DNA of 64,000 nucleotides from Gammaproteobacteria bacterium. GTDB lineage: Bacteria > Pseudomonadota > Gammaproteobacteria > JACKNK01. Within the stretch, counting starts at the first letter, position 1. Every line of letters starts with the position of its first letter. Under the pieces are notes generated by a model. It was not told the origin of the DNA. It did no database searches and saw nothing but the letters and a program-made list of their open reading frames with translations. This document shows positions 1 through 10,735 of this stretch, in pieces. The position numbers and the translations under genes were made by a program. The stretch spans positions 5,437-69,436 of the forward strand of contig JBMYTL010000009.1 of assembly GCA_049604295.1 (NCBI GenBank), read 5' to 3'.

Positions 1-1049
1 TTGCCTGAAAGGCTGAAGTTCAGGCTGGGAAACATCGAGAGCATGGCGGCACGCACTTCATCGCGCTGAATCCGCTTGGTGAGATCCTGCTCGAACAACT
101 CGGGGCGATGAATGAGGGCGTAGTCTTCGAGGTAATCGGTGTTCAGGTTCTCCGGGCGGGGCAACTCCGCGAGGATCGGGCGAATCGGCTCGCGGGCGAG
201 ACGGAATTCAGTGGTCTGCTTAAGCCCCATCAGACGGGCCAGGTCGAGACGCGCACTGGCAATGTCGGCCTGCAGATCGCGCAAGGACAGCGCGATATCG
301 AGAATGCGTTTCTCGACCTCTTTCCCCGCAATCGGGTCAAGCCCGCCATCGTTCACACTACGTTCGATCGCCCCTTTTTGGGCCTGCAATTCAGCTTCGA
401 CCTTGCGCACGTAATCGAGCGCATCCTCGGCGAGCGCGGCCTTCCAGTAGGCCTCCGTCAGCTCCAGCGCCAGGAGTTGCTCCTGGCGACGGCGACGCAT
501 CTCCAGAACTTCGACCTGCAATTGCGCCTGCCGACTACGCACATAGGAGACGCCGAAATCGAGCACATTCCAGGTGAGTTGGAGGCTGGCGGTGGCCTTG
601 TCACGGAATTCGGAAACCGTATTACTCGATGCCACATTGCCGGTGACGAAGTTGTAGCTGTCCGTACCTTCGTACTTGTCACGCCCCTGCACCCCCGCAT
701 TGGCTTCCAGGTCAGGCAGGGTTTCAAGCCGTCGGGCAAGTGCATCGTCGTCGGATATCTCGCGCTCGAACAAGGCAATACGCAGGTCGAGGTTGTTGCG
801 CAGCCCGATATCGATCACTTCCTTGAGGGTAAGCGGGTGATCGAGAATGATGGTATCGGCCGGCTCGAGAGCAATCCGGTCGGCGCGGGCGTTGGCTTCG
901 CGATCGCCCTGCATATCGAGTTTTTCGGTGGTCGAGCACGCCGACATCAACAGCAAAGCGGGCGCCAGAAGCAACAAGCGAACGGGCGTATGACCAGTAC
1001 CGCCTACGCTCCCCTCGCTCGCTTTTTGACTGTTGTTACTGCGCCACAT
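1..1049 (-). CDS. TolC-family outer-membrane efflux protein with a lipoprotein-type signal; its 3' end runs off the window
   Basis: Own translation of the minus strand from the ATG at 1049..1047 gives MWRSNNSQKASEGSVGGTGHTPVRLLLLAPALLLMSAC/STTEKLD...LTLKEVIDIGLRNNLDLRIALFERE...QAQLQVEVLEMRRRRQEQLLALELTEAYW. The frame stays open to position 1, so there is no stop and it is missing from the ORF track. It has a signal peptide plus a Cys lipobox-like LLMSAC and OMF-like helical repeats. The listed 108..1235(+) ORF is its antisense shadow. Confidence 0.7.
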   Translation of the reverse strand, partial: MWRSNNSQKASEGSVGGTGHTPVRLLLLAPALLLMSACSTTEKLDMQGDREANARADRIALEPADTIILDHPLTLKEVIDIGLRNNLDLRIALFEREISDDDALARRLETLPDLEANAGVQGRDKYEGTDSYNFVTGNVASSNTVSEFRDKATASLQLTWNVLDFGVSYVRSRQAQLQVEVLEMRRRRQEQLLALELTEAYWKAALAEDALDYVRKVEAELQAQKGAIERSVNDGGLDPIAGKEVEKRILDIALSLRDLQADIASARLDLARLMGLKQTTEFRLAREPIRPILAELPRPENLNTDYLEDYALIHRPELFEQDLTKRIQRDEVRAAMLSMFPSLNFSLSG

Positions 1050-1351
1050 GTTCATTTTGGTCGGCGGGGTCTCCCCCCTTGTCCCTCGGACCCGATCCAC
1101 ACTGCATTCAGAATGACAGCGCCCCCAGTATCGAGTCCGGGTAATGAACGGGATGGTAGCCCAAAGAAAAGTCAAATCAACAGGTTTCAAATTTTTTTTA
1201 CAGTACTTACAGCGGTAATTGTCGCAACTATCTGATTTATATAGATATACACTTGATTCCAGACATTCGGACAACTTTTCCCCCCGACGAATAGTCAACA
1301 AAATTTACAATTTGCCGACCTGATTGCCATATCCCCATCAGCCAACGTTCG

Positions 1352-2857
1352 TCACGAGAAGCGAGTTCGTCGGCGGCGGATCAGGATGGCTGCCGTCAGG
1401 ACCTGGAGCGCGTGCAACGGGAGGTTACCCCAGAGTTGAAAAGGTGTCTCGCCAGCGCGAGGTTGCACAACGACCTCCAGCACGCTCCGGCGATGCACGG
1501 GGGCAGCCAACGCCTCGCGACCGCGTGCATCGATGAGACTGGTCACCCCGGTGGTGGACACCCTCAACATGGGCCTGCCCGTCTCCAATGCGCGCAACCT
1601 TGCCATCTGGTGATGCTGGGCGGCCGCGGTACTGCGCCCGAACCATCCATCGTTACTCACATTCACAAGCAATCCCGACGAGCGTGCAGCGACCGCTGAC
1701 TCGAGCGGAAAGATATCCTCGTAGCAGATGGTCACCGCGACACGGACCCCATCCAACTCGAAGAACTGCCCCCGGTCACCGGCCGAAAAAGAACTCATGG
1801 GAATGTTGATCATGTCCATGATCGGCCGAATCACCCACTCCAGGGGAACGAACTCACCGAACGGCACGAGGTGCTGTTTCAAATAGGTGGCGCGCGGCGC
1901 GCCGTCATCGCCCAGGGCGACAAATCCGTTGTAGTAGCGGCCGGTCGACCGGTCATAGATGGGCACGCCCAACATCAGCGTGGATCCAGCGTTTGCCACC
2001 TCACGCGCAAGCGGCTCAAGAAACCCGTCCCGGGCCTGGTGGAGGAATACCGGAATCGCGGTCTCAGGCCAGATAATCCAGCGTTTACCCAGATGGGGAA
2101 GGGTCAGACGCCGGTAGTCCGCCATAATCGCCGTGCGTTGCTCGGGCCGCCATTTGCCGGACTGCTCTGTGTTGCCCTGTACCAGGGCGACATCGATGGG
2201 TTCCCCCACGGGATGGGTCCACGCAATCGGTTGCAGCACGAAGCCGACCGCGATGATAAGCGCCGGAGCACCCACCGCCGCTGCCACACCCCTGAATGAG
2301 CGCGCGTACATCAGGGCCCAGGCCATGCAGGCCGCGGTCAACGACACGGCGATGCCGAGCCCCAGGACGCCCAGCACGGGTGCCCAGCCCGCCAAGGGCG
2401 AATCGGCGACCGGGTAACCAGAGAGCAACCACGGAAAGCCCGTGAACAGCCAGGTTCTGAGCCATTCGGTGAACCCCCAGGCCAATACAATCAGAGGCAC
2501 CCGGGCAAACATGCGGGCCTCTCCCCAGCGGAACAGCAAGCCGGCCAATGCGGTGAACAATCCCAGAAACAGGGCGAACAGCACCGTCAGTGCCACGGCC
2601 AGGGGAACCGGGGCCTGACCGATGTGGTGGATGCTGATGTACACCCAGGACACGCCGTGCAGGAACAGCCCCACTCCGAAGAGGAATCCGGTCCAGGGCG
2701 CGAGACGGGGACGCCACAACCAGGACGCGAACAACGCCGCCAGGGTGAGCGGCATCAGCACAAGGTGATCGTACGGCGCGAAAGCAAACACCTGGAGCGC
2801 ACCCAACATGGGCGCCACTCCCAGCAGTGCCAGGTCCGGGTTGAACCTCACGTGCAC
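1352..2857 (-). CDS. lnt: Apolipoprotein N-acyltransferase
   Basis: 501 aa. The N-terminal half is multi-TM, followed by a CN-hydrolase domain with the E/K/C context (IIWPETAIP, VTICYEDIFP). It is the last gene of the conserved miaB-ybeZ-ybeY-corC-lnt block. Confidence 0.93.
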   Translation of the reverse strand: MHVRFNPDLALLGVAPMLGALQVFAFAPYDHLVLMPLTLAALFASWLWRPRLAPWTGFLFGVGLFLHGVSWVYISIHHIGQAPVPLAVALTVLFALFLGLFTALAGLLFRWGEARMFARVPLIVLAWGFTEWLRTWLFTGFPWLLSGYPVADSPLAGWAPVLGVLGLGIAVSLTAACMAWALMYARSFRGVAAAVGAPALIIAVGFVLQPIAWTHPVGEPIDVALVQGNTEQSGKWRPEQRTAIMADYRRLTLPHLGKRWIIWPETAIPVFLHQARDGFLEPLAREVANAGSTLMLGVPIYDRSTGRYYNGFVALGDDGAPRATYLKQHLVPFGEFVPLEWVIRPIMDMINIPMSSFSAGDRGQFFELDGVRVAVTICYEDIFPLESAVAARSSGLLVNVSNDGWFGRSTAAAQHHQMARLRALETGRPMLRVSTTGVTSLIDARGREALAAPVHRRSVLEVVVQPRAGETPFQLWGNLPLHALQVLTAAILIRRRRTRFS

Positions 2858-2884
2858 CGGATCAGGCCCCGGACGGAACTCCGG

Positions 2885-3775
2885 TCAATGCCCCTCGGCA
2901 AGCGGGCCGTCCTCGGCGGTTCCGGGGGTCAGGGTCACCCGCAGCAGGTGCACCCGTCGACTGCCGGCACGCAGCACCTTGAACTCAAAGCCCTCGATGA
3001 TGACGGTCTCACCTCTGCGCGGCAGGTGACCCAGGGCCTTGGTCACCAAGCCACCCACGGTGTCGAACTCGGAGGTGCTGAGCTCGCACTGGAAGTAGCT
3101 GTTGAACTCCTCGATTCCGGTACGCGCCTTCACCGTGTAGCGGTTCGGACCATGTCGGCGGATCTCGTCATCGTCCTCTTCGTAGTCGTGCTCGTCATCG
3201 ATCTCGCCAACGATCTGCTCAAGCACGTCCTCGATGGTCACCAGGCCCGCCACGCCACCATATTCATCCACCACTATGGCCATATGATTCCGGCTCAGGC
3301 GGAATTCGCGGAGCATGACGTTGAGCCGCTTGCTCTCCGGCACCACGACCGGTGAGCGGATCACTTCCTTGAGGTCGAATCCGGCGCCCCCCTCGGCGAA
3401 ATAGCGCAACAGGTCTTTGGCCAAGAGGATGCCCACCACGTCATCCCGGGTGTCTCCGACAACGGGGAAGCGCGAGTGTCCGGACTCGATGATCACGGGA
3501 AGAATCTGTTCAGGGGTGGCATCGCGCGGCACCACGTCCATTTCGGCGCGCGGGATCATGATGTCGCGGACCTGCATGTCGGCAACCTCGATGGCGCCTT
3601 CGATCATGCCCAGGGCGTCATCGCCGATCAGCCCACGATTGCGGGCCTCACGCAGGGTATCCACGAGTTCGGTACGGTCCCGTAGCTCACTGGAGAATAT
3701 CTGGCTGATCCGGTCAAACCAGGAGCGTCCAGCGGCGGAACCGTTGGTACTGGGGGGGTTGGGTTCTTCTGTCAT
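2885..3775 (-). CDS. corC: CorC/HlyC-family Mg2+/Co2+ efflux-associated protein (CBS pair plus CorC_HlyC domain)
   Basis: 296 aa with a CBS-pair region ([11 protein letters not shown]..., [31 protein letters not shown]) and a C-terminal transporter-associated domain. It sits between ybeY and lnt, as expected from synteny. Confidence 0.9.
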   Translation of the reverse strand: MTEEPNPPSTNGSAAGRSWFDRISQIFSSELRDRTELVDTLREARNRGLIGDDALGMIEGAIEVADMQVRDIMIPRAEMDVVPRDATPEQILPVIIESGHSRFPVVGDTRDDVVGILLAKDLLRYFAEGGAGFDLKEVIRSPVVVPESKRLNVMLREFRLSRNHMAIVVDEYGGVAGLVTIEDVLEQIVGEIDDEHDYEEDDDEIRRHGPNRYTVKARTGIEEFNSYFQCELSTSEFDTVGGLVTKALGHLPRRGETVIIEGFEFKVLRAGSRRVHLLRVTLTPGTAEDGPLAEGH

Positions 3776-3802
3776 TTAAGGGGGGACCTGCCCGATCCCC
3801 GG

Positions 3803-4258
3803 TCACTCTGCAAAGTAGGGGTCAGGATAACCGAGAGACGCGAGGATTTCCGTTTCCAGCGATTCCATTACCTGCGCCTCGGCATCGTCGATGTGGTCAT
3901 GACCCATCAGGTGCAGCACGCCATGAATCACCATGTGCGCCCAATGGGCGGGGCTTGTCTTGCACTGCTCCTCAGCCTCGGCCTCCACGACCGGAACGCA
4001 GATCGCAAGATCTCCGAGCTGATCCACTTCAACCCCCGGCGGAGCCTCGAAGGGAAAGGACAACACATTGGTGGGCTTGTCGAGGTCCCGGTAACGCTTG
4101 TTCAAGGAGCGGCTCTCGTCCGAATCCACCAGTTTGAGCCCCAGACTTCCCCTGCCATGACCACCGGCGCCAACCCAGGCCGCGTTGGCCCAGATCTCGA
4201 TATCCCGGTCGGTCACCGGGGCGGGTATGGCGCGCATCACGTCGACCTCAAGCGCCAT
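3803..4258 (-). CDS. ybeY: rRNA maturation endoribonuclease YbeY
   Basis: It carries the Zn-binding motif [11 protein letters not shown] near the C-terminus. The 204-aa track ORF is probably N-terminally over-extended. The internal Met (MALEVDV...) at 4258 gives about 151 aa and overlaps the ybeZ stop by 11 nt. Confidence 0.88.
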   Translation of the reverse strand: MALEVDVMRAIPAPVTDRDIEIWANAAWVGAGGHGRGSLGLKLVDSDESRSLNKRYRDLDKPTNVLSFPFEAPPGVEVDQLGDLAICVPVVEAEAEEQCKTSPAHWAHMVIHGVLHLMGHDHIDDAEAQVMESLETEILASLGYPDPYFAE

Positions 4259-5303
4259 GCCCGCTCCCCGGGTTGCTACCTGGGTTACCACGCGGTTCAT
4301 GCCGCTCCACGCCTGCCGGGTTCCAACCGTCGTAGGCCGCGACGATGCGCTGAACCAGTGAATGACGGACCACATCAGCGGTTTTGAAGAACGTGAAGGA
4401 GATCCCTTCGACGTCATTCAGAACCTCGGTCACATGACGCAGACCGGATTGTTGCCCCCGAGGCAGGTCCACCTGGGTGATATCACCGGTCACCACGGCC
4501 GTGGAGCCGAAACCAAGCCGCGTGAGAAACATCTTCATCTGTTCCAGCGTGGTGTTCTGAGCCTCGTCGAGAATGATGTAGGCCTCGTTGAGGGTGCGCC
4601 CACGCATGAACGCAAGCGGGGCAACCTCGATCACGTTGCGCTCCATGAGCTTGTTGACCTTTTCGAAACCCAACATCTCGTACAGGGCGTCGTAGAGCGG
4701 CCTCAGGTACGGATCCACCTTCTGACTCAGGTCACCGGGCAGGAAACCGAGACGCTCACCGGCCTCGACCGCGGGGCGCGCCAGAACCAGTCGACGCACC
4801 TCCTCGCGCTCCAGCGCCTCGACGGCGCAGGCAACCGCCAGGTACGTCTTTCCCGTGCCCGCGGGTCCGATCCCGAAATTAAGGTCGTGGGTGCGGATGC
4901 GCTGGATGTAGTCACGCTGATTCGCGCCACGCCCCTGAATGACGCCTCGCCGGGTGCGTATGCCGGCCATGGCCACCTCATCCCCCGCGCCGTCCGCGTG
5001 GGTGGCCGGGTCCCGCGCCACCCTCGCCGAATCGTTCCCGCCCGCACTGTTCTCATGGATCGCGAGGTGAACCTCATGGCCGCCCAGGTCGCGTCCCGCC
5101 TGGCCGTATAGGTCGGTGAGCACCCGGCCCGTCAACGCGGGCTGCCCACGATCGCCGGTCACGCGGAAGAGGTTGCCCCGTCGATTGATTTCCACACCCA
5201 GGCGCTGCTCGATGTCGCGCAGATTGCGGTCCAGGGGACCACAAAGATTCGCAAGGCGCTGGTTGTCCTCAGGCTCCAGGGCCAGATCCACCGATTCCGA
5301 CAT
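4248..5303 (-). CDS. ybeZ: PhoH-like ATPase (YbeZ)
   Basis: 351 aa with Walker [13 protein letters not shown] and PhoH-family C-terminal motifs ([19 protein letters not shown]). Its ATG overlaps the miaB stop by 1 nt (TGATG). Confidence 0.92.
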   Translation of the reverse strand: MSESVDLALEPEDNQRLANLCGPLDRNLRDIEQRLGVEINRRGNLFRVTGDRGQPALTGRVLTDLYGQAGRDLGGHEVHLAIHENSAGGNDSARVARDPATHADGAGDEVAMAGIRTRRGVIQGRGANQRDYIQRIRTHDLNFGIGPAGTGKTYLAVACAVEALEREEVRRLVLARPAVEAGERLGFLPGDLSQKVDPYLRPLYDALYEMLGFEKVNKLMERNVIEVAPLAFMRGRTLNEAYIILDEAQNTTLEQMKMFLTRLGFGSTAVVTGDITQVDLPRGQQSGLRHVTEVLNDVEGISFTFFKTADVVRHSLVQRIVAAYDGWNPAGVERHEPRGNPGSNPGSGHGA

Positions 5304-6655
5304 CAGGACACCACCCGCTCACCGCGCAGGGAGTTCGGCAGACACTCGGTGATACGCACATCGATGAATTGACCCACCAATCCCGGCTCAGCAGCGAAGT
5401 TGACCACCCGGTTGTTCTCGGTTCGCCCAGCCCACAACCCATCGCCGTGTCGGGCGGGACGCTCCACGAGGATGGTCTGAACCGTTCCCACCATGGCGCG
5501 ACCAATGCGCTGGGCATTCGTGTTGATGTGCTGTTGCAGGCGATACAGACGCTGTTTCTTCACATCGAGGGGAACATCGTCTACCAATGCGGCGGCCGGG
5601 GTACCGGGCCGCTGGCTGTAGATGAAGCTGAAGGACTGGTCGAAGTCCGCTTCCCTCACCAATGCCATGGTGGCTTCGAAGTCCTCTTCCGTCTCGCCCG
5701 GAAACCCGATGATGAAGTCAGATGACATGCTCAAATCCGGCCGCAGCGCGCGCAGCCGACGCACCTTGTCGAGATAATCCACCGCGCGGTAACCGCGCTT
5801 CATGATGGCGAGAATGCGATCCGAGCCACTCTGAACAGGCAGGTGCAGGTGCGAGACCAGTTGCGGGATCTCGGCGAAGGCATCCACCAGACTGTCACTG
5901 AATTCCGCCGGATGAGAGGTGGTGAAGCGAATACGGCCTATTCCCTCGATGGCCGCCACCTCATGCAACAGGTTCGCCAGGTCGGCCGTGTACCCCTCCT
6001 CGGTCGGCCCCGCATAGGCATTTACGTTCTGCCCCAACAGATTGACCTCGCGCACGCCCTGGGCAGCGAGGGCGGCGATTTCGTCGAGAACATCCTCCAT
6101 GGGGCGGCTGATCTCGTCACCCCGGGTATAGGGCACGACGCAGAACGAACAGTACTTGCTGCATCCTTCCATGATGGATACGAAGGCCGTGGGGCCATCC
6201 GCGCGCGGTTCGGGCATGCGGTCGAACTTTTCGATCTCCGGAAAGCTGACATCCACCACCGGGTGATGCTGCTCGCGCACTTCGGCCACCATCTCGGGCA
6301 GTCGATGCAAGGTCTGAGGCCCGAAGACCATGTCCACAAACGGCGCCCTTTGTTGCAGATACTCGCCTTCCTGACTGGCCACGCACCCCCCGACTCCGAT
6401 AAACACACCGGCGCGTGAGTCCTTGATCCGCCGCCAGCGCCCGAGTAGTGAGAACACCTTCTCCTGCGCCTTCTCGCGCACCGAGCACGTGTTGACCAAC
6501 AGTATGTCGGCATCCTCCGCCCTCTCGACACGCACGGCCCCATGGGCGTCGGCGAGCACTTCCACCATCTTGGCGGAATCGTACTCGTTCATCTGGCAGC
6601 CCATGGTCTCTACATAGACCCTGGGCCGGGTGGGCTCGGACATACTGGCGGACAT
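5303..6655 (-). CDS. miaB: tRNA-i6A37 methylthiotransferase MiaB (radical SAM)
   Basis: 450 aa with the N-terminal UPF0004 cysteines ([12 protein letters not shown]), the radical-SAM CxxxCxxC motif ([15 protein letters not shown]) and a TRAM C-terminus. Confidence 0.95.
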   Translation of the reverse strand: MSASMSEPTRPRVYVETMGCQMNEYDSAKMVEVLADAHGAVRVERAEDADILLVNTCSVREKAQEKVFSLLGRWRRIKDSRAGVFIGVGGCVASQEGEYLQQRAPFVDMVFGPQTLHRLPEMVAEVREQHHPVVDVSFPEIEKFDRMPEPRADGPTAFVSIMEGCSKYCSFCVVPYTRGDEISRPMEDVLDEIAALAAQGVREVNLLGQNVNAYAGPTEEGYTADLANLLHEVAAIEGIGRIRFTTSHPAEFSDSLVDAFAEIPQLVSHLHLPVQSGSDRILAIMKRGYRAVDYLDKVRRLRALRPDLSMSSDFIIGFPGETEEDFEATMALVREADFDQSFSFIYSQRPGTPAAALVDDVPLDVKKQRLYRLQQHINTNAQRIGRAMVGTVQTILVERPARHGDGLWAGRTENNRVVNFAAEPGLVGQFIDVRITECLPNSLRGERVVS

Positions 6656-6826
6656 CTGCTGGGGAACGTGAAGTGTAGCGGGTCCCGGTCACGGGGGGCG
6701 GCAATGGTGCGACCGGTGACCGCGCGCCGCAAGTACGATGCGTCGGGTTTCGGCGGGTCGGACTTCCACCTTCCGCAGGTCCTACACTAAGCCGCGAACC
6801 GACCCAGCGGTCACGAGCACCCATCC

Positions 6827-8266
6827 ATGCCCTCGGTACGCAACGCCCTCTTTCACAGCTTCACGGGACGCAGCCTGGTCGCGCTGACGGAAATCGTCAG
6901 CGTACTGGTGCTCGCACGCCTGCTGACCCCGGAGGAAATCGGCGTTTTCGCGGTAGCCACAGCCTTCGCGGCCCTGCTCCACGTGTTCCGCGAATTCGGT
7001 GTCGGTACCTGGATTATCCAAACCGAACGCCTGGACTCCGCACGCCTGGGGGGCGCGTACGGCCTGGCCATGGCCACCGGCGTGCTCATGGCCATCATCC
7101 TGCTCGCTACGGCATCGCCGATCAGCATATGGATGGGAGATGCACGTACGGGACAGCTCATCGTGGTTGCCGCGGCCACTTTTCTCACAGTCCCCTTCGG
7201 TTCGGTGGGCCTGGCACTGTTGAACCGCGCCATGGCGTTCGACGCCATCCTGCGCATCCATGTGGGTGCTGCACTGGCCCAGGCCACGACGGCAATCGGA
7301 CTGGCACTCACGGGGTTCGGCCCGTTCAGTCTTGCCGTGGGTGGTTTGGTCTCATCGTTGACCACGATTGTCCTGGCGCGCCGCTTCGCTCCCCGTGACA
7401 TCCCATTCCAACCCGGGACACGACATTGGCGTGAAATCGCCGAATTCGGTGGCCTGGCGACGCTGCGCACCTTGCTGATCACCCTGGGCACGCGTTCACC
7501 GGAGGTGATCGTGGGCAAAATGATCGACCTGTCGGCGGCGGGCTTGTACAGCCGTGCGGCGGGTATGGCATCACTGTTCAACCGGGTCGTCATGCGCGCG
7601 GTTAACGCCGTCGCCCACCCCGCCTTCGCCGGACAGCATCGCGCCGAAGGCGACAGCCATTCCGCCTATCTGCACAGCACGGTGCTGGTCAACGCTCTTT
7701 CCTGGCCCTTCTTCGCCTTCGTCGGCTTCATGGCCGAGCCTCTGGTACTTGTACTGTTCGGTGACCAGTGGAAGGGCTCGGTGCCCTTGGTTTCAGCACT
7801 TTGCCTGGGGGCGGCACTGCGCTCGGTAGCGGTTCTTCACAGCCCCTTCCTGACAGCGATCGGTCACATAGGCGCCACCGTGCGTCTGCAGGTCTTTATT
7901 CAGCTCGCGCGCATCGCGCTGATCGTATTCGGCGCGGGCATCTCATTGCTGGCCGCCGCCTGGGCTCAGGCGGCGGCCTTCGCCGTCACCGTAGCCGCCG
8001 TATGGTTCTACCTGATCCGCTATCAGGGGTTCCGCCTCACAGGGCTGGCTTCGTCGGTCTACCTCAACATCGGCCCCGCGCTGGCGGGAGTCGCAGGCCC
8101 ATTGCTGGCCACCTCGGTTGCGGCATCAACGCACGCCCTGGTGCAACTGCCCCTGGCAGCGGCTGTAAGCCTGATCGCTTGGCTGACTGTGCTCCGAAGC
8201 ACCCGTCACCCCCTGTGGCCGGAAATCGAGCGAGCCCTGGCAAAGCTCCGCCGGTCGCGCGAATGA
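6827..8266 (+). CDS. Polysaccharide biosynthesis protein, Wzx-like MOP-superfamily flippase
   Basis: 479 aa, hydrophobic throughout (at least 12 predicted TM stretches), with an N-terminus (LVALTEIVSVLVLARLLTPEEIGVFAV) typical of oligosaccharide flippases. The ATG at 6827 was verified. Confidence 0.72.
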   Translation: MPSVRNALFHSFTGRSLVALTEIVSVLVLARLLTPEEIGVFAVATAFAALLHVFREFGVGTWIIQTERLDSARLGGAYGLAMATGVLMAIILLATASPISIWMGDARTGQLIVVAAATFLTVPFGSVGLALLNRAMAFDAILRIHVGAALAQATTAIGLALTGFGPFSLAVGGLVSSLTTIVLARRFAPRDIPFQPGTRHWREIAEFGGLATLRTLLITLGTRSPEVIVGKMIDLSAAGLYSRAAGMASLFNRVVMRAVNAVAHPAFAGQHRAEGDSHSAYLHSTVLVNALSWPFFAFVGFMAEPLVLVLFGDQWKGSVPLVSALCLGAALRSVAVLHSPFLTAIGHIGATVRLQVFIQLARIALIVFGAGISLLAAAWAQAAAFAVTVAAVWFYLIRYQGFRLTGLASSVYLNIGPALAGVAGPLLATSVAASTHALVQLPLAAAVSLIAWLTVLRSTRHPLWPEIERALAKLRRSRE

Positions 8267-8315
8267 CCCGCGTGAGGCAGCGCCCCGCGCCATCGGCAAC
8301 CCGCGCCTGCCTGCT

Positions 8316-9332
8316 CTAGAGCCCCAGCAAAGAAGCGACCAGGGACCGGTAGCGGGTGAAGCTGAAGGGCCACCAAAGCAGCGCCCCAAGCGCCGCCTTG
8401 ACCGATGGCAGATACATGCGATGGGTACGGTAAAAATGCTGATCCTCATCGTAAAAACGGGCAAGCGCACGAATGTATGCCAGGCGTTGACCGCGAAAGC
8501 CGATACACCGGAACAAGCGCTTGTAAGCCTGGATACCCCAATAACCGGGTGGCGAATCCCGGCGGGTCAGGCTACCCACTCTCTGACGGTAAAGCGTGAC
8601 CGCCGAGGGTACCCAGACATAGCCGTAGATCGCGGACAGGCGCAACCACAGATGATCGTCCTCGAAACGCCAGAGCGACTCATCAAAGCCACCCACCATT
8701 TCAAAGGCATCACGCCGGATCAGAACCGAACCCGTCCACGCCAACACGGCTTTGGCGAAGTCAGGCAAGGGATGCCGAAGTTGTACGGGCTCCCGGGTGC
8801 GGAGGGCTTCAGCGAGGACAACAGCACCTTGGGGACGGGTCTCGTAAAAAGGGATCAGATCGGATTCGTGATACGTACCGCCCTCCCATTCGTAAAAGTC
8901 GGCGCCCACAAACAGCGCGTCGGGAAACGCTTCCACCCCACGAAAGCGCTCCCTGATGGAGCCCGGCAACATGACGTCATCGCCATCCAGAAACGCCAGC
9001 CAGGGCATGGTGGCGACGGCGACACCCGAATTGCGCGCCGCACCGGGGCCGCGCACACCCTCATGGGTGACGCAGCGAATGACATCAGGGTGCCGCGCCT
9101 CCAGTGACCTCATCAGTTGGGCGGTTCCATCTGATGAGTGATCGTCCACCAGAATAATCTCAAGGCCAGCGCAGTCAGCCTGCTGCATCAAAGCGGACTG
9201 GACCGACTCCTCCATGGTTTCGGCCGCGTTGTGGCACGGCATGATCACGGAAACCCGGGCCGCGACGCCCGGAACCGACTCCAGCCCAGGTAACGGCTCG
9301 CTTGATTCACCCACCGGCGGACTCACAGGCAC
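8316..9332 (-). CDS. Family-2 glycosyltransferase
   Basis: 338 aa with the GT-A N-terminal fold signature VSVIMPCHNAAETMEESVQS, plus VDDHSSDGT and a DXD motif (FLDGDD). Its start overlaps the yihY stop by 10 nt. Confidence 0.85.
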   Translation of the reverse strand: MPVSPPVGESSEPLPGLESVPGVAARVSVIMPCHNAAETMEESVQSALMQQADCAGLEIILVDDHSSDGTAQLMRSLEARHPDVIRCVTHEGVRGPGAARNSGVAVATMPWLAFLDGDDVMLPGSIRERFRGVEAFPDALFVGADFYEWEGGTYHESDLIPFYETRPQGAVVLAEALRTREPVQLRHPLPDFAKAVLAWTGSVLIRRDAFEMVGGFDESLWRFEDDHLWLRLSAIYGYVWVPSAVTLYRQRVGSLTRRDSPPGYWGIQAYKRLFRCIGFRGQRLAYIRALARFYDEDQHFYRTHRMYLPSVKAALGALLWWPFSFTRYRSLVASLLGL

Positions 9333-10612
9333 GCCCCCTTGCGATCAGACGTAGTCACATCATGGTCGAACAACTCGACCAGCGGCAGGCCCATGGAATC
9401 GGGCATGCGCGCATGGATGTCAGCGAAAACCTCGCGAGCCCGCGCATCCCAGAGGTCGCATTCGGGGGGGTAACCATCCAATGGCGGTAACGGCAAATCG
9501 AGGGCTTCGAAAACACTGTGCAAGGTCTGATCCTGCAAGCCGCGAGTCAAAACCCAATGACCCTCGCGCACTTCCATGATGTAACCCGCCGACTGTAGAC
9601 GGTCGAGCGCAGGCCATAGGCGGAAACCCGCCACATCGGGCTCACGCCCCAAGAGCTCATCCACCCCCAACCCACGACCGGCAAGATGGGCGCGATAGAA
9701 ATGCCCCAAGACGCGCAGAGCAAGACGGAAGTCCGAACGGATGGTGCCACCGGCCCGGGCACGGCGGAAACTCATCAGGCCGAAGGTGAACTCGGCACCG
9801 AGCAGGATCACCAACCAGCAGACATAGACCCACACCAGAAAGATCGGAATCGCGGCCAGGGCACCGTAGATCGCCTCGTAGGTGGGAAACTGGGTGACAT
9901 AAAAACCAAAACCCCGTTTGGCCAACTCAAACAGCAAAGCGGCCACGGCACCACCGGCAAGCGCCGCACGCCACGGCACCCGGCGGGTCGGCAAAACGGA
10001 GTAGATGAAGGCGAACGCGGCGGTTGCGGAGATAAATGGCAGCAGACCGAGCACGCGTCGCTTCAAACCAAGATCCGGTACATCCGAGAGCAGGGGCAGA
10101 GATATCAGGTAAGAACTTATTGCCACACTTGCACCGATCAGCAGCGGACCGAGGGTAAGCGCCGCCCAGTAAACGAGAAAACCCCGCGCCACGCTTCGAT
10201 GGGCACGCACCCGGAAGATACCGTTGACCGTCCGATCAATCGAGGCAATGAGCATCACCGAGGTGATGACAAGAAAAACGACGCCTGGCGCGGTCAGCCG
10301 GGAGGCCTTGCCTATAAACCCTTCGAGATGCTCCTGGACAACTGCCCCTACCGCGGGAACGAAATTGTTCAGCACGAAGCTCTGAATTTCCCGACTCAGA
10401 TCACCGAACACCGGAAAGGCCGCCAACACGGAGAACGCCACGGCCAGCAATGGCACAAGCGCCAGGAGGGTCGTGTAGGAGAGATGCCCCGCCGCGAACG
10501 CACATCGATCGTTCGCAAAGTTACGCCCCACGTAAGCAAAAAAACCCGGCGCGGTCTCACCCAGGAACCGGCCCAGGCGTCCTTCGGGGGCAAACATACG
10601 TACGTGACCCAT
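9323..10612 (-). CDS. yihY: YihY/BrkB-family inner-membrane protein with a C-terminal soluble extension
   Basis: It has the YihY core (HLSYTTLLALVPLLAVAFSVLAAFP..., six TM segments) and a C-terminal extension of about 130 aa. The Met at 10612 is preceded by GGGGGA. The track ORF start at 10657 is an alternative. Confidence 0.78.
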   Translation of the reverse strand: MGHVRMFAPEGRLGRFLGETAPGFFAYVGRNFANDRCAFAAGHLSYTTLLALVPLLAVAFSVLAAFPVFGDLSREIQSFVLNNFVPAVGAVVQEHLEGFIGKASRLTAPGVVFLVITSVMLIASIDRTVNGIFRVRAHRSVARGFLVYWAALTLGPLLIGASVAISSYLISLPLLSDVPDLGLKRRVLGLLPFISATAAFAFIYSVLPTRRVPWRAALAGGAVAALLFELAKRGFGFYVTQFPTYEAIYGALAAIPIFLVWVYVCWLVILLGAEFTFGLMSFRRARAGGTIRSDFRLALRVLGHFYRAHLAGRGLGVDELLGREPDVAGFRLWPALDRLQSAGYIMEVREGHWVLTRGLQDQTLHSVFEALDLPLPPLDGYPPECDLWDARAREVFADIHARMPDSMGLPLVELFDHDVTTSDRKGACL

Positions 10613-10735
10613 CGATCCCCCTGGTTTCTGGTCACTCAAACGAAAACGGGCCTGCATGAGCAGGCCCGATTCGAAAGCGGTTCATGAGCGGGGCGGCCCG
10701 TTGAGGCCGCGGATTCCGGTCGGATACCGCTCCTA

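Noticed and set aside
108-1235. 375-aa (+) ORF, the longest ORF listed at the left edge
   Set aside because: Its translation is low-complexity (Gln/Arg/Gly/Leu-rich) with no recognisable domain. The opposite strand over the same DNA encodes a convincing TolC-like protein with a signal peptide and lipobox. This ORF is its antisense shadow.
3803-4417. N-terminally extended versions of several track ORFs (ybeY 204 aa, arsC 178 aa, purM 369 aa, DUF465 123 aa, SLT 258 aa, glnK 122 aa, msrB 152 aa, egtB 468 aa, MFS 416 aa, xrtA 532 aa)
   Set aside because: In each case the extra N-terminal residues are Arg/Ser/Pro-rich and overlap the upstream gene or an intergenic region. An internal Met also restores the family-typical N-terminus, often with an RBS or a 1- or 4-nt overlap with the upstream stop.
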